DNA of 64,000 nucleotides, from the IMG/VR virus record IMGVR_UViG_3300031867_000015, positions 32,001-96,000 of that record; one strand, 5' to 3'. This DNA comes from a virus (lineage: Duplodnaviria > Caudoviricetes). The notes under the pieces are model-generated. The model was not told where the DNA came from. It was given only the letters and a program-made list of their open reading frames with translations, and made no database searches. Shown in pieces: positions 37,186 to 47,474 of the stretch (position 1 is its first letter; each line of letters starts with the position of its first letter). The position numbers and the translations under genes are program-made.

Positions 37186-37523
37186 TAAGAATTGTTTTGC
37201 TTGATTTATTACTTGATATATTTGTTGCAATAACACTTGTTGTAGTTTATCACATTGTAGATATAATCGCAATAGATATTTTATATGGCAAGGGTATTGC
37301 CAAGTTTGATAGTGATTACCAATTTGATAGACTTGTGTCAATATTAATAATTGGCTTGATACCAATAATTAATATCATGTGCTTGTGTTATATGCTCTGG
37401 ACATTTGAATACAGAGTTGAAGCATTTACATGGGGTATATATAGATTGGCACGAAAGAAACATGGAGTAATTGTAAGAAAGACAATAAAGACAAGAAAGA
37501 AGGAAATAAGAAATGATATTTGA
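37182..37523 (+). CDS. membrane protein
   Basis: two hydrophobic segments, IPIINI. Confidence 0.65.
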   Translation: MIRIVLLDLLLDIFVAITLVVVYHIVDIIAIDILYGKGIAKFDSDYQFDRLVSILIIGLIPIINIMCLCYMLWTFEYRVEAFTWGIYRLARKKHGVIVRKTIKTRKKEIRNDI

Positions 37524-37638
37524 TAAGTATTCAATAGTTTGCGACAGTGCGGATTACAAGTGGTGTTCCAAGAAAGGCAGATGGTGTCATAAAGATTCGT
37601 TTGGCTTTGAGTGTAAAGAGTGTAATTGGAGATGATGT

Positions 37639-38202
37639 ATGCCTGTAGGAGTTTATCAAATAAAGAATGTGGTGAATGGCAAACGATACATCGGTGAGTC
37701 AGTTTCGATTACCAAAAGGTTTGCAGAACACAAACATGACCTCGAAAAACATAAGCATCATTGCAAGGCTTTACAAAAAGCATGGAACAAAACACCTTCG
37801 ATTTGTTTTAAGTTTCGTATAAAAGAAATATTTCTATTTACAAATCATTTTGTTAATAGAGATAAATTAATATTAATGTTGTTTCTTAGAGAAGCATATT
37901 ATATGAGAATGACAGACGAGTTATATAATACTGAGGACACTGGTAGTATGTTAAAATCATTTGCCCTTAATGGAAACTTTGAAGGGCGGTTCAAAAGATA
38001 CAAACATTACAGACGGTGGATTAAGAAGCGTTTGGTGTTTATGCGGAGATGGATGCCACATTTGATTATAGCGGCGCAGTACAATATTGCTGTGCGATTG
38101 TTGCTGTTGATTGGAGGTGCTGTTGGCTTATGGGAGATTTGGCAATTTTTGTCGGATATGTACTTGTGGGAATTGTTGCGTATAAAGTTTACAAGTATGT
38201 GA
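37639..38202 (+). CDS. GIY-YIG endonuclease with hydrophobic C-terminal tail
   Basis: GVYQIKNVVNGKRYIGES..ITKRF..H; conserved E and YN. Confidence 0.8.
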   Translation: MPVGVYQIKNVVNGKRYIGESVSITKRFAEHKHDLEKHKHHCKALQKAWNKTPSICFKFRIKEIFLFTNHFVNRDKLILMLFLREAYYMRMTDELYNTEDTGSMLKSFALNGNFEGRFKRYKHYRRWIKKRLVFMRRWMPHLIIAAQYNIAVRLLLLIGGAVGLWEIWQFLSDMYLWELLRIKFTSM

Positions 38203-38618
38203 AGCTAAAAAAATCTCAGCTTGATGTGGTAAGGTTTGACCAAGAAGTTTCAGACTTAATGTTAAAACGAGATAGGGCAATGACATTACACCGATTACTT
38301 ACTGATGTAAACATATGTGATAAAAAGAATGAAAACTACAAGGTATTTAATTTATCTTGGAAATCAGAAATGGACGGTCAAATATATGCTTACGATATTT
38401 ATATCACAGATAAGAAATCAGCCAACGCAAATGCCCTGACTGAATTGGCAAACATTGAATTAACTAACCTTGCGCCTGATATTAAAACAGGTATATACAA
38501 GTTGAAGTTAAGAAGTAACTTAGTAGGAACAGAGTTTAAAACAGAGGATGAGTATATAGCAGAAAAACCAACAAGAGATATTGAGACTTTAGGGGACGAT
38601 ACGAAAGTATATTTTTAA
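38130..38618 (+). CDS. membrane-anchored hypothetical protein
   Basis: GGAGGT RBS; N-terminal TM; overlaps the GIY-YIG gene by 73 nt. Confidence 0.65.
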   Translation: MGDLAIFVGYVLVGIVAYKVYKYVKLKKSQLDVVRFDQEVSDLMLKRDRAMTLHRLLTDVNICDKKNENYKVFNLSWKSEMDGQIYAYDIYITDKKSANANALTELANIELTNLAPDIKTGIYKLKLRSNLVGTEFKTEDEYIAEKPTRDIETLGDDTKVYF

Positions 38619-38712
38619 ACCACTCCCCTACCGAAATAAAAGAGGTATTTTTACCTTTGAGGTAGATTAATCTATAAATTTTTAACTACTATTAACGAAA
38701 GGGGAGAGGTAT

Positions 38713-39027
38713 ATGAATTGTCCTGATGTAAAGTTTTGTGAAATGTGCGGAAAAAAAATAAGTGATATCAATGACCCCAATACGGATTGGATGAGTCATA
38801 TAAGAATTAAATACTGCCCTGAGTGTGCGGCTTACCGAAGGAAAATGAATAAGCGTAATTGGGCTTCTAAAAACACGGATGCTCATAAAACAGTTGAATC
38901 GTTTCTTGGAGAATATTCAAATTTAATGAGAGAACAGATATCAGAATTAAAATCTCAGCTTAAACTAATTCAAGAAGAAAATGATTTGCTAAGAAAAGAA
39001 ATAATAACATTGAGAGGAAATATGTAG
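38713..39027 (+). CDS. Zn-finger/coiled-coil protein
   Basis: CEMCG...KYCPEC then coiled coil. Confidence 0.7.
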   Translation: MNCPDVKFCEMCGKKISDINDPNTDWMSHIRIKYCPECAAYRRKMNKRNWASKNTDAHKTVESFLGEYSNLMREQISELKSQLKLIQEENDLLRKEIITLRGNM

Positions 39028-39067
39028 AAAGAGTGAATTGTACACTCATATGTTAGGAGAGAAATTA

Positions 39068-41704
39068 ATGGCATTAGATAAACAGTATTGTATTTATGGA
39101 GTAGATACTTCTGCCTTTTACTTTGACGATGAAAGAAATGTAGAGCAGAAAATGTATAAAATAAGAAACCAGAAGAATCAATATAAAACATTGCTTGAAG
39201 ATAAAAATATTTGTGATGCTGTAAGATTTGTTTTGGAAAAGAAGTACAAGGAAGTATCAAGACAACTTTCGACTTTAAAAGAAATTCTCTTGTCAATGAT
39301 GAGAGGAAATATGAATCGTTATAGATACATTAATCCTTTAAAGTTAAATCCTCGCAATAGAATATCTATATTCGACAGTGAATTAACTCGTTGTTTTGGT
39401 ATGACACCTTTAAACCTTAATGTAAGACAGACAATTGAAAATACAATTGTCAATGAACAGATTATGGTGGTATCAGTATTTTATTTTGAAGTTCTTGAAA
39501 ATATGATTCACAGTGGATTTGGCTATAACGGAAATAAGTATGTGTACTTTGCAAGTAGTGCAGGTCAGATACGAACAAAGAAAGCCGTTTTCGTCAGAGA
39601 AGATTTACTTAATCTAAATTGGAATAGACTATCATGTGGTCTTTCGATTGAAGAAGTTAATAACAAAGGTGGCATGAATCTTAATAAATACAATGCGTAT
39701 CTTGCTCTTTGTAATTCAGCAACAGAGGAATGGACTGACTTTGATATTGACCGTTGTATCGTTGTTGATGATTTTGAAACTAATGTTATTACCGAGGTTG
39801 ATTATGTTGATGACAGGGATTATAGCATTACTCGTCAGACTATGCCTGTGCCTATTCCTCATACCGATGGATGCGGAATGATAAGTCCAGAACTGAGTAG
39901 TAAAAACTTTATGGTCAGGATGCCGTGGGTCAAAGGATTACTTGGAGTATTTGACTTCAAAAGATTTATTATTGAAAACAAGTGTTCGTCCATAGTAAAA
40001 GATATTTGGGGCAAGGAATGGGATATTATTGAAGATAATATTCAAATCATTCTTACTAAATCTCAGCTTAAAATGTATGCTTATTATGACAGTTGGGACG
40101 ATTATAAGAATAGGTTTAAAAAATATAATTGCCATGTAGGTAAATGTAATGTTGAAGAAAACTACTACAAGAAAGCAAGTATCAATTATCAGATGATTCA
40201 GAGTTTTATTGATTATAAGGATTCTGAATTAAAGAAGATGTGCGCTGACAGCGTGAGTTTAATTAATGGCATTTGCACTGACAAACAAGTTCAGCTTGAA
40301 CAGTTTGGTATTAGGGATGGTAAATCTTATAACAAGTACAATGGTATGCAGAAATGTCTTATTGAATATAACGGACTAATTAAGGATAACTTTTTTAGAG
40401 AGAAACTGCGTGATTCCAGAAAGAAACTTATCAAAGATTTATATTCGGCTAAGTTTAGAGTCAATGGATATTACACTTTCCTTTTGCCAGACCTATATGC
40501 TTTTTGTGAATGGTTATTTGAGGGTAATCAAATACCAAATGGTTTGCTTGCAAACGGTGATGTGTATTGTAACCTTCATGAATTTAATAAGGAAGTTGAT
40601 TGTTTAAGAAGCCCTCATTTATATTTTGAACACGCTATAAGAAATAATGTTGTCAATTCTGAAATTCAGAAATGGTTTACAACTAATGCTTGCTATACAA
40701 GTACACATGATGTTATTAGTAAGGTTCTCCAATTCGATGTAGACGGAGACAAGACGTTGATATTACAGGATGATAATATTATTAGCGTTGCAAAAAGAAA
40801 TCAAATGGGTGTTGTTCCCTTGTACTATAATATGCGTAAGGCGGCAAAAGAACAGGTTACAAGCGAAAGCAGATACAGAGGACTATCAACTGCCTTTACA
40901 GGTGGCAATATTGGAGTAGTGTCAAATAATATCAGTAAGATAAAAAACAGTCAGGAAATCAGAACACCTGAGACAAGACAAGAAGCCATTGACTGTTTGA
41001 AATATCTTTGTATGGTAAATAACGAAGTAATTGACTTTGCCAAGACTTTATATAAGAGTACACCGCCAAAGCAAATTAAGGAAACAATATCAAAGTATGT
41101 TAATAAGAAATTACCTGCTTTCTTTACTTACGCAAAGGATAAGAAAGAAACACAGGTAGAACCTCTTAACGATTGTATTGTAAATAGAATCTTTACATTA
41201 TATCCAGAAAATGAATTTAAACTTTCGTTTGAAGATAAAAAAAGATTTGATTATCGTATGCTTATGAACAATCCTAACATAGAAATAGACGAGAATGTAC
41301 TTAGAACATATAGTGACATGGTATCAACTGCTAAATTAAAGAAACATAAAGAAGAAGAAACCAATGCAATAGTTATTAATGATATTATTTCAGAAATGCA
41401 GAAATTTGATTATGCTCAATACGAAATATGTGATATGCTTGTCAAGGATATGTTTAAGGAACATACGGTGTTTAAGGACATTAGATATAAAGAGTTCTTC
41501 TTTACGATATATGGTGATATTGTTTATGAAAACATTGTAGCTAACAAAACTAAATACGGCTACACTTGTATTGATTGTGGTACTGAAATAAAGAGAGTAA
41601 ACGGTAAATGCAGATGTGAAGAATGTCAGAAGAAACAAAAAACAATATTAGCAACATTAAGAAAACGTAAACAAAGAAGTATGTCACGCACCGAAAATGT
41701 TTGA
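39068..41704 (+). CDS. single-subunit RNA polymerase, SPbeta YonO-like (eukaryotic RdRP-fold)
   Basis: SSAGQIRTKK, TDGCGMI, RSPHL, catalytic QFDVDGD (DxDGD), C-terminal Zn ribbon. Confidence 0.88.
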   Translation: MALDKQYCIYGVDTSAFYFDDERNVEQKMYKIRNQKNQYKTLLEDKNICDAVRFVLEKKYKEVSRQLSTLKEILLSMMRGNMNRYRYINPLKLNPRNRISIFDSELTRCFGMTPLNLNVRQTIENTIVNEQIMVVSVFYFEVLENMIHSGFGYNGNKYVYFASSAGQIRTKKAVFVREDLLNLNWNRLSCGLSIEEVNNKGGMNLNKYNAYLALCNSATEEWTDFDIDRCIVVDDFETNVITEVDYVDDRDYSITRQTMPVPIPHTDGCGMISPELSSKNFMVRMPWVKGLLGVFDFKRFIIENKCSSIVKDIWGKEWDIIEDNIQIILTKSQLKMYAYYDSWDDYKNRFKKYNCHVGKCNVEENYYKKASINYQMIQSFIDYKDSELKKMCADSVSLINGICTDKQVQLEQFGIRDGKSYNKYNGMQKCLIEYNGLIKDNFFREKLRDSRKKLIKDLYSAKFRVNGYYTFLLPDLYAFCEWLFEGNQIPNGLLANGDVYCNLHEFNKEVDCLRSPHLYFEHAIRNNVVNSEIQKWFTTNACYTSTHDVISKVLQFDVDGDKTLILQDDNIISVAKRNQMGVVPLYYNMRKAAKEQVTSESRYRGLSTAFTGGNIGVVSNNISKIKNSQEIRTPETRQEAIDCLKYLCMVNNEVIDFAKTLYKSTPPKQIKETISKYVNKKLPAFFTYAKDKKETQVEPLNDCIVNRIFTLYPENEFKLSFEDKKRFDYRMLMNNPNIEIDENVLRTYSDMVSTAKLKKHKEEETNAIVINDIISEMQKFDYAQYEICDMLVKDMFKEHTVFKDIRYKEFFFTIYGDIVYENIVANKTKYGYTCIDCGTEIKRVNGKCRCEECQKKQKTILATLRKRKQRSMSRTENV

Positions 41705-41807
41705 TATTCGCCTATAAATAGCCATTTGTTAAGGGTGTCGTAACAAAAAACTGGGGCTATATGGAGAAAGTACAATCGCATAAGTTACAAGCAACTCTTA
41801 AAGTGAT

Positions 41808-41848
41808 GAGGAACATAAGATAGAACTTGTGTTCCTCTTATCTTTTTA
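41808..41848 (+). terminator. hairpin terminator after the RNAP gene
   Basis: GAGGAACA/TGTTCCTC plus T-rich tail. Confidence 0.55.
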
Positions 41849-41935
41849 TACGTACAATCTCCCAATATATCATACCATATCAAAGTTAAAAAGTCAAGAG
41901 GTATGATAAATAAATTGAAAGTAGTGAAATAATTA

Positions 41936-42127
41936 ATGATTCAGATTAACCGTGATGAAGCACAGGCACTTATGTCTCAGGGTATTCATTGTCCAAAGAC
42001 TTGCAGACTTAAAAGAGATGGTAGTAAGCGTGGCAAGTATTTCTGTCCTAATGAAGCAGATGCTATCAGAAAACTTGAACAGTATCGCAAGGAACAGGCA
42101 GAAAAGTTTAGCAATAATACTAAGTAA
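41936..42127 (+). CDS. small hypothetical protein
   Basis: MIQINRDEAQALMSQG. Confidence 0.65.
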   Translation: MIQINRDEAQALMSQGIHCPKTCRLKRDGSKRGKYFCPNEADAIRKLEQYRKEQAEKFSNNTK

Positions 42128-42189
42128 TAATATCCCCTGTTGTACACAGAGGGCTATCTTAATGATAGTAACTTAAATGAATTGAGGAA

Positions 42190-42954
42190 ATGTTAATGGC
42201 TAATAAGAAGAAACCAGAAACAAAGATTGAAGAAACAACTAATATTCCAGAGGGATATGTAGAAATCACTCCTGAGCAACTTGTAGAAATGCAGAGTGGT
42301 ATGCAAACCATAATGAGCATCGGACTGGCTGAAAGACTTTACCTTGAAGATAGGGCAGATAGGATTCTTTATCTTGATGGAGAAGTAGATGATGATGTTC
42401 TTCATACATTAATTCTACAAATATGCAAGATAAACGGAGAAGATTTTGGTAAGTCAAGGGACGAGAGAGTACCTATTACTTTAGTAATAAATAGTTCTGG
42501 TGGCAATGCAATTATAGGCATGGCATTAGTGAACGCTATTCAGAGTTCTATCACTCCTGTAATTGGTGTATGTCTTGGTATGTGTGCAAGCATGGCTTTT
42601 GGAGTATTTGCGGTTTGCCATACAAGGCTGTCTGTTGCAGATGCAACATTTATGGTGCATGATGGTTATGAATACAATCCTATATCTACGACAACAAAGG
42701 CACAGGACTGGGCTAAATTCTCCCCTCGCCTAACTAATAGATATAATAAAGCTATTGCGGCAAGAACTAAGTTTACAGTAAAGGAACTTGAAGATATGTC
42801 TCCGCATGATTGTTGGTTCTTTGCAGATGACCTTGTTGATATGGGGATGGTTGATGGTATCATTGGCAAGGATATTGAAATGGAAGAAATATTTTCTTTT
42901 ATGAGTGATATGTCTTGCGACTGCTGTAATGAACATGAATGTTCTGAGAAGTGA
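42190..42954 (+). CDS. ClpP-like protease
   Basis: RILYLDGEV, INSSGG, CASMA (Ser), FMVH (His), GMVDGII. Confidence 0.85.
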   Translation: MLMANKKKPETKIEETTNIPEGYVEITPEQLVEMQSGMQTIMSIGLAERLYLEDRADRILYLDGEVDDDVLHTLILQICKINGEDFGKSRDERVPITLVINSSGGNAIIGMALVNAIQSSITPVIGVCLGMCASMAFGVFAVCHTRLSVADATFMVHDGYEYNPISTTTKAQDWAKFSPRLTNRYNKAIAARTKFTVKELEDMSPHDCWFFADDLVDMGMVDGIIGKDIEMEEIFSFMSDMSCDCCNEHECSEK

Positions 42955-42965
42955 GGTATGTCCTC

Positions 42966-44390
42966 ATGGCTAAAAGCAAGGATAAGATTAAAATTGAAAT
43001 AGTTGGCAAGAGTGGTGACGGAGTAACAGGAAGTATGTACTTCGTCACATTCAACGATAAACAAATACTTCTCGATGCAGGTCTTTATCAAACCTCGTCT
43101 GATGATATCCTTAAACAATATAAGGTCAATCATAGGAATTATAAAGTCCCATTTGCTGACCTTGATGCTGTGATAATTAGTCACGCTCACATAGACCACA
43201 TAGGAATTGTACCTTATCTTTTTGCAAGAGGTTACAAGGGTAATATTTATATTCCAAAAGGAAATAAATATCTTGCACGAATTATGTGGGAAGATAGTTT
43301 GAAGATATTTGAAAGTGATTGTGTAAAATTAGAAAAGCGTTACGATATGAAAGCTACTCCATTATATACACAAGAGGATATAGAAGTTGCAATGGAGCAT
43401 TTGGTTGAACTACCATTCGGTGAAAATATTGTTCTGTTTGATGATTTGATTTTGAAATATTATCATGCCAGTCATATTGTAAATGCCGCACAGATTCATT
43501 TGACATTTAAGGTTGGTGAAACTATAAAGACATTATCATACACAGGAGATATTGGTTCTGATATTGATAAAGATTATATCTTATCATATGAGCCACTTCC
43601 CTACTCTGATATTGTCTTGGCTGAATGTACTTATGGTGGTAGTCATAAGACACATAAACAAAAAGACAGAGATAAGGATATTGAAAAAATAAAATGTGTT
43701 GTTGACCAATGTTGCCAATATGATACACAAAAGGTTTTGTTCGGTTCATTCTCTTTGAATCGTTTACAAGATATATTAACTACATTATACAAGATATACG
43801 GTGATGATGAATCATTTGCGACACCAATTGTTATTGATGCCCCACTTGGTAAAAAGGTATCTGACATATGGGACAAGTTAATTGAAAAGGATAATGACCT
43901 TTGGAAAAGAGTTATTAATTGGAAAAACATTGTATGGGTTGATAGCTTTGAAAATTCTCAGGAATGGCAGAAGTTAAAAACCTCGCAAGTAGTAATTAGT
44001 ACAAGCAATTTCTTAAAGAATGGACGTATTGTTTCATGGCTCAAATCTATATTACCGAATGAAAATGCGAGAGTTATGTTATGTGGCTATGCAGGTGACA
44101 AAGATAGCGTTGCGTATCAAATTCAGTACAGTAAGAAATACGTAAACATTGACGGAGAACAAATAAGAAGTAGAGCCAATGTAATGCAATTAGTTTCATT
44201 TTCAAGTCACGCTTGTAGAAGCGAGTTGCTTGAAAGATACACTTCAATGAATTATAACAAAATATATCTTGTTCATAGCGAGAGTGATGGCAAGAAAGAA
44301 TTTGCAGAATTGCTTCGTAAAGAATTGAGTTCAGCAAATAAAACCTCAAAGGTTCACACACCTGTTATGGGTGATAAAATAACATTCTAA
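42966..44390 (+). CDS. MBL-fold beta-CASP ribonuclease
   Basis: SHAHIDHIG, YTGDIG, ECTYG, FSSHA, YLVHS. Confidence 0.9.
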   Translation: MAKSKDKIKIEIVGKSGDGVTGSMYFVTFNDKQILLDAGLYQTSSDDILKQYKVNHRNYKVPFADLDAVIISHAHIDHIGIVPYLFARGYKGNIYIPKGNKYLARIMWEDSLKIFESDCVKLEKRYDMKATPLYTQEDIEVAMEHLVELPFGENIVLFDDLILKYYHASHIVNAAQIHLTFKVGETIKTLSYTGDIGSDIDKDYILSYEPLPYSDIVLAECTYGGSHKTHKQKDRDKDIEKIKCVVDQCCQYDTQKVLFGSFSLNRLQDILTTLYKIYGDDESFATPIVIDAPLGKKVSDIWDKLIEKDNDLWKRVINWKNIVWVDSFENSQEWQKLKTSQVVISTSNFLKNGRIVSWLKSILPNENARVMLCGYAGDKDSVAYQIQYSKKYVNIDGEQIRSRANVMQLVSFSSHACRSELLERYTSMNYNKIYLVHSESDGKKEFAELLRKELSSANKTSKVHTPVMGDKITF

Positions 44391-44588
44391 TATTATTCTG
44401 CACTAATTTAATTTTGCAGAAATCTATTAAAATAAATAATGCGATATGTAGGTGATTATATGGCTGTTTATGCTATACCAAATGATAAACCTTTCATTGG
44501 ACAAAACATCAAATTAAAAAGAAAGTATGGTCACATTGACATTAACGCAGAATTACTAAAACAAGGAATAAATTTGGAGGATATAACT

Positions 44589-44780
44589 ATGAGTAAGTCA
44601 AGTATGGCAACAAAGAAAACAACAGTTAGTCTCAAAGGTGTTCTTAATATTGATGCCGATGAGAAGATTATTTATATTGTAAATGAAGATGGTGAAGCAA
44701 CACCTATTTCGGAGTATCTTGAAGCATTTAATAATTGTGAAGTAAGTCTTTCTGTTAACGAAAGTATTGACCTTGCATAA
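44589..44780 (+). CDS. YonK-like protein
   Basis: GGAGG RBS; VSLKGVL...L..FN..EVSLSV.E pattern; SPbeta-like position. Confidence 0.6.
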   Translation: MSKSSMATKKTTVSLKGVLNIDADEKIIYIVNEDGEATPISEYLEAFNNCEVSLSVNESIDLA

Positions 44781-44792
44781 GGAGGAATATGA

Positions 44793-45974
44793 TTGGGAAT
44801 CTCGGCTAACAAAAAGTTTACTCAATCCGAATTGCGAGAAATATTTGATGTATGTTCTCGTAAAGACCTTACGGGAGATTGGAATAAAATCAGAGACATA
44901 TTAAATACAAGGCTAAAAAAAGATTATAATGAGTCAACGTATCGAAAGAAATATCAGTCATATTGTGATATGAAGTTAGCTTGTAAAGACATAGACCCTG
45001 ATTTCACAGGTGATACAACTGAGGTTGATGTTCAGAAGCGTGAACTTGAACGTGCAAAGATTCAGTTTCGTGACGAACGAAACGCTTGGCAAAGACAAAA
45101 TTATGCTGATGCAAGAATTGAACAGAAACTTGATTATCTTGAACAGGTTATTAAAGAAACAGGCAGACGTAAGTTTAATTCAAACTACTCTTATCCTGTA
45201 TCAGTTACCAATGAAACAATGGTAGTATGTCTGAGTGACCTACATATTGGCGCAGAATACAATAGTATGTGGGGTAAGTATAATTCTGATATTGCAGAAC
45301 GTAGACTTGCAGAGTATTGTTCGGAAGTAAAGTCTATTGGAAAAAGACATAACGTTAATAATGTCGTGGTTCTTGGAATTGGTGATTTAATAAGTGGTTC
45401 TATCCATAAGTCTATACAGGTCACAAATAGGGAAACTGTTATCGAACAGATTATTCTTGCTTCTGAATATATTTCAGAGTTTATAGGAGAACTATGTAAG
45501 AATTTTTCTGTTAGATTTGTTAATGTGTCTGGAAATCATTCAAGAATTGATAAGAAAGATGACGCTCTTAAAGATGAACGTCTTGATAAACTTATCGGTT
45601 GGTATGTTGATAAATCACTTTCCCATCTTGACAACTTTGAATATATAGAAAACAAAGACACAAGTCTTGGTGAAGTTGATGTTTGTGGTCAAAAGTATTG
45701 GGTGGTACATGGAGACTATGACCCATTCAATAAACAGGGATTAGCAAATCTTGTTCTCGCTATGGGGTATAAACCATCAGGAGTATTCTGTGGTCATATG
45801 CACTCTGCGGCTATGGATGATATCTCTGATATTAAATTTATAAGGTCAGGTTCTTTTGGCGGTAGTGGAGATGATTACACTATCGAAAAGAGATTAACAG
45901 GTAAACCCTCACAGACAGTTGCTATATGTAACCATGAGGGTATTGAATGTATATATCCTGTTACATTACATTAA
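44793..45974 (+). CDS. calcineurin-like metallophosphoesterase (YonJ-like)
   Basis: SDLHIG, GDLISG, GNHSR, HGD, GHMH. Confidence 0.88.
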   Translation: MGISANKKFTQSELREIFDVCSRKDLTGDWNKIRDILNTRLKKDYNESTYRKKYQSYCDMKLACKDIDPDFTGDTTEVDVQKRELERAKIQFRDERNAWQRQNYADARIEQKLDYLEQVIKETGRRKFNSNYSYPVSVTNETMVVCLSDLHIGAEYNSMWGKYNSDIAERRLAEYCSEVKSIGKRHNVNNVVVLGIGDLISGSIHKSIQVTNRETVIEQIILASEYISEFIGELCKNFSVRFVNVSGNHSRIDKKDDALKDERLDKLIGWYVDKSLSHLDNFEYIENKDTSLGEVDVCGQKYWVVHGDYDPFNKQGLANLVLAMGYKPSGVFCGHMHSAAMDDISDIKFIRSGSFGGSGDDYTIEKRLTGKPSQTVAICNHEGIECIYPVTLH

Positions 45975-45984
45975 GGATGATATT

Positions 45985-46332
45985 ATGAAACTGCAAAGAA
46001 AACAATTAATTGATGAAATGCAGAAAGCCTTTGCAGAAGTGACAGACGGTGAATTTTTAAATAAAAGAGTATGTGGAATTTTAATAGATGTTTTTGCAAC
46101 AGCAATAACAAATGTTCTTGTCAGCGGTAATGACGTAAATATTCGTGGCTTTGGAACTTTTAAAATAAAACATCGTAATTCAAAAGCATATTCAAACCCA
46201 AGTAAGCGTGGTGAAAAGATAATTAAACCACCAACAATCTGTCCTGTTTTTGTGGCAGGTAAGGAATTAACTAAAGCTGTAAAGGAGACTTTCAATTATG
46301 AAAGCAAAGAAAATATTCAAGAAGATGATTAA
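45985..46332 (+). CDS. HU/IHF family DNA-binding protein
   Basis: VNIRGFGTF...NP..GEKI...PVFVAGKEL. Confidence 0.88.
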   Translation: MKLQRKQLIDEMQKAFAEVTDGEFLNKRVCGILIDVFATAITNVLVSGNDVNIRGFGTFKIKHRNSKAYSNPSKRGEKIIKPPTICPVFVAGKELTKAVKETFNYESKENIQEDD

Positions 46333-46669
46333 GTCACATAATGATAACGTTGTAACTTATGTGTCAAATTTTGAAAATGTAAGAGAAGTTGCTAAGATGC
46401 TTATAGCGTTGCCTGATACTATTATAGAAGGTGTACATTTGGAATCCCCTGAGTGGGATGGGTATGAGGGTGCATTTCTTCTTACGTTTGACGAGGATAA
46501 TACTATCTGGATTCAGAAAGCTTATTTTGATGATGGAAGAATTGCCAGAGGAATAGGTGTTTATATTATTGATAAAAACTCAATAGGCACACATAGACCA
46601 GAGGAATTTCTTGTTGAAAATGAAGGAATCAATAAAATAATTCTTGTAGGCGGTGAGTCAAATGATTGA
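46298..46669 (+). CDS. hypothetical protein
   Basis: AAGGAG RBS. Confidence 0.7.
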   Translation: MKAKKIFKKMIKSHNDNVVTYVSNFENVREVAKMLIALPDTIIEGVHLESPEWDGYEGAFLLTFDEDNTIWIQKAYFDDGRIARGIGVYIIDKNSIGTHRPEEFLVENEGINKIILVGGESND

Positions 46670-47087
46670 TGCTAATTATCGAAAGTATGAGTCCTATGAC
46701 AAATTTATTGAAGAATTTCTTTTCACTGTAATGGACAATGGTCATGCAATTATTGTAGTTAACTATAAAGACTATCAAGGCGTGATTGAAAATCTTAATG
46801 GTAAAGTTCTGAATGGCAAGTCGCTTGCTACTGATATTGAGACAGCAGAATATTTTGATGATGATATCAAGACAGCGATAGACCATGATGGGAACATGAT
46901 GATAACAGTTTATAATAATAATTCTATTATTGTTGGCGAACCTGTTATATATTCAGACAAGGCAAATAGTTTTATTGATAGTGCATATTTCATTGAAGAA
47001 GATGCTATTGAAAAGGCTATGGGCTATGCTATCCCCAAGAAGAATATTGTACCATTTAAAATTGAGAAAAAGACTATAACGGTATAA
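46653..47087 (+). CDS. hypothetical protein
   Basis: co-oriented ORF. Confidence 0.7.
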   Translation: MSQMIDANYRKYESYDKFIEEFLFTVMDNGHAIIVVNYKDYQGVIENLNGKVLNGKSLATDIETAEYFDDDIKTAIDHDGNMMITVYNNNSIIVGEPVIYSDKANSFIDSAYFIEEDAIEKAMGYAIPKKNIVPFKIEKKTITV

Positions 47088-47397
47088 CCGTTTATATAGT
47101 TCTCGTTGCAAATCATAACGAGTAATAAAAGATGAGATGGGGCTTGATGATGCCCCATATGCAGAGAGCAACTGCAATGATGTTGTAATCTACACCAGTA
47201 TAAAAGAATTAGACTGCTTCTTTGTAAGCATAATGTTTACGTTGCGCTTAGTTTCTTTGCAGTCAACTTTCAAGCTAAAGAGTTTGCAAGCATCTCTTGC
47301 ATTGCGTTGTCTGTGCGCACAGGTATCGCTTTGATTTTCGTGCTTACAATACTTGCGCATTATACCCTTTACAGTACAATGTAAAGGTGCGCATTAT

Positions 47398-47474
47398 GGG
47401 TGTATCGTCTAATAGGTAAGGACACAACCCTTTCAAGGTTGCAATGGCGAGTTCAAATCTCCCTACGCTCACCA
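47398..47474 (+). tRNA. tRNA-Glu(TTC)
   Basis: GGGTGTA/TACGCTC, CAACC-CTTTCAA-GGTTG, GTTCAAAT, ACCA. Confidence 0.85.

Noticed and set aside
39068-41704. True RNA-dependent RNA polymerase / RNAi-like system
   Set aside because: Context and motifs fit YonO-type DNA-dependent RNAPs of SPbeta-like phages.
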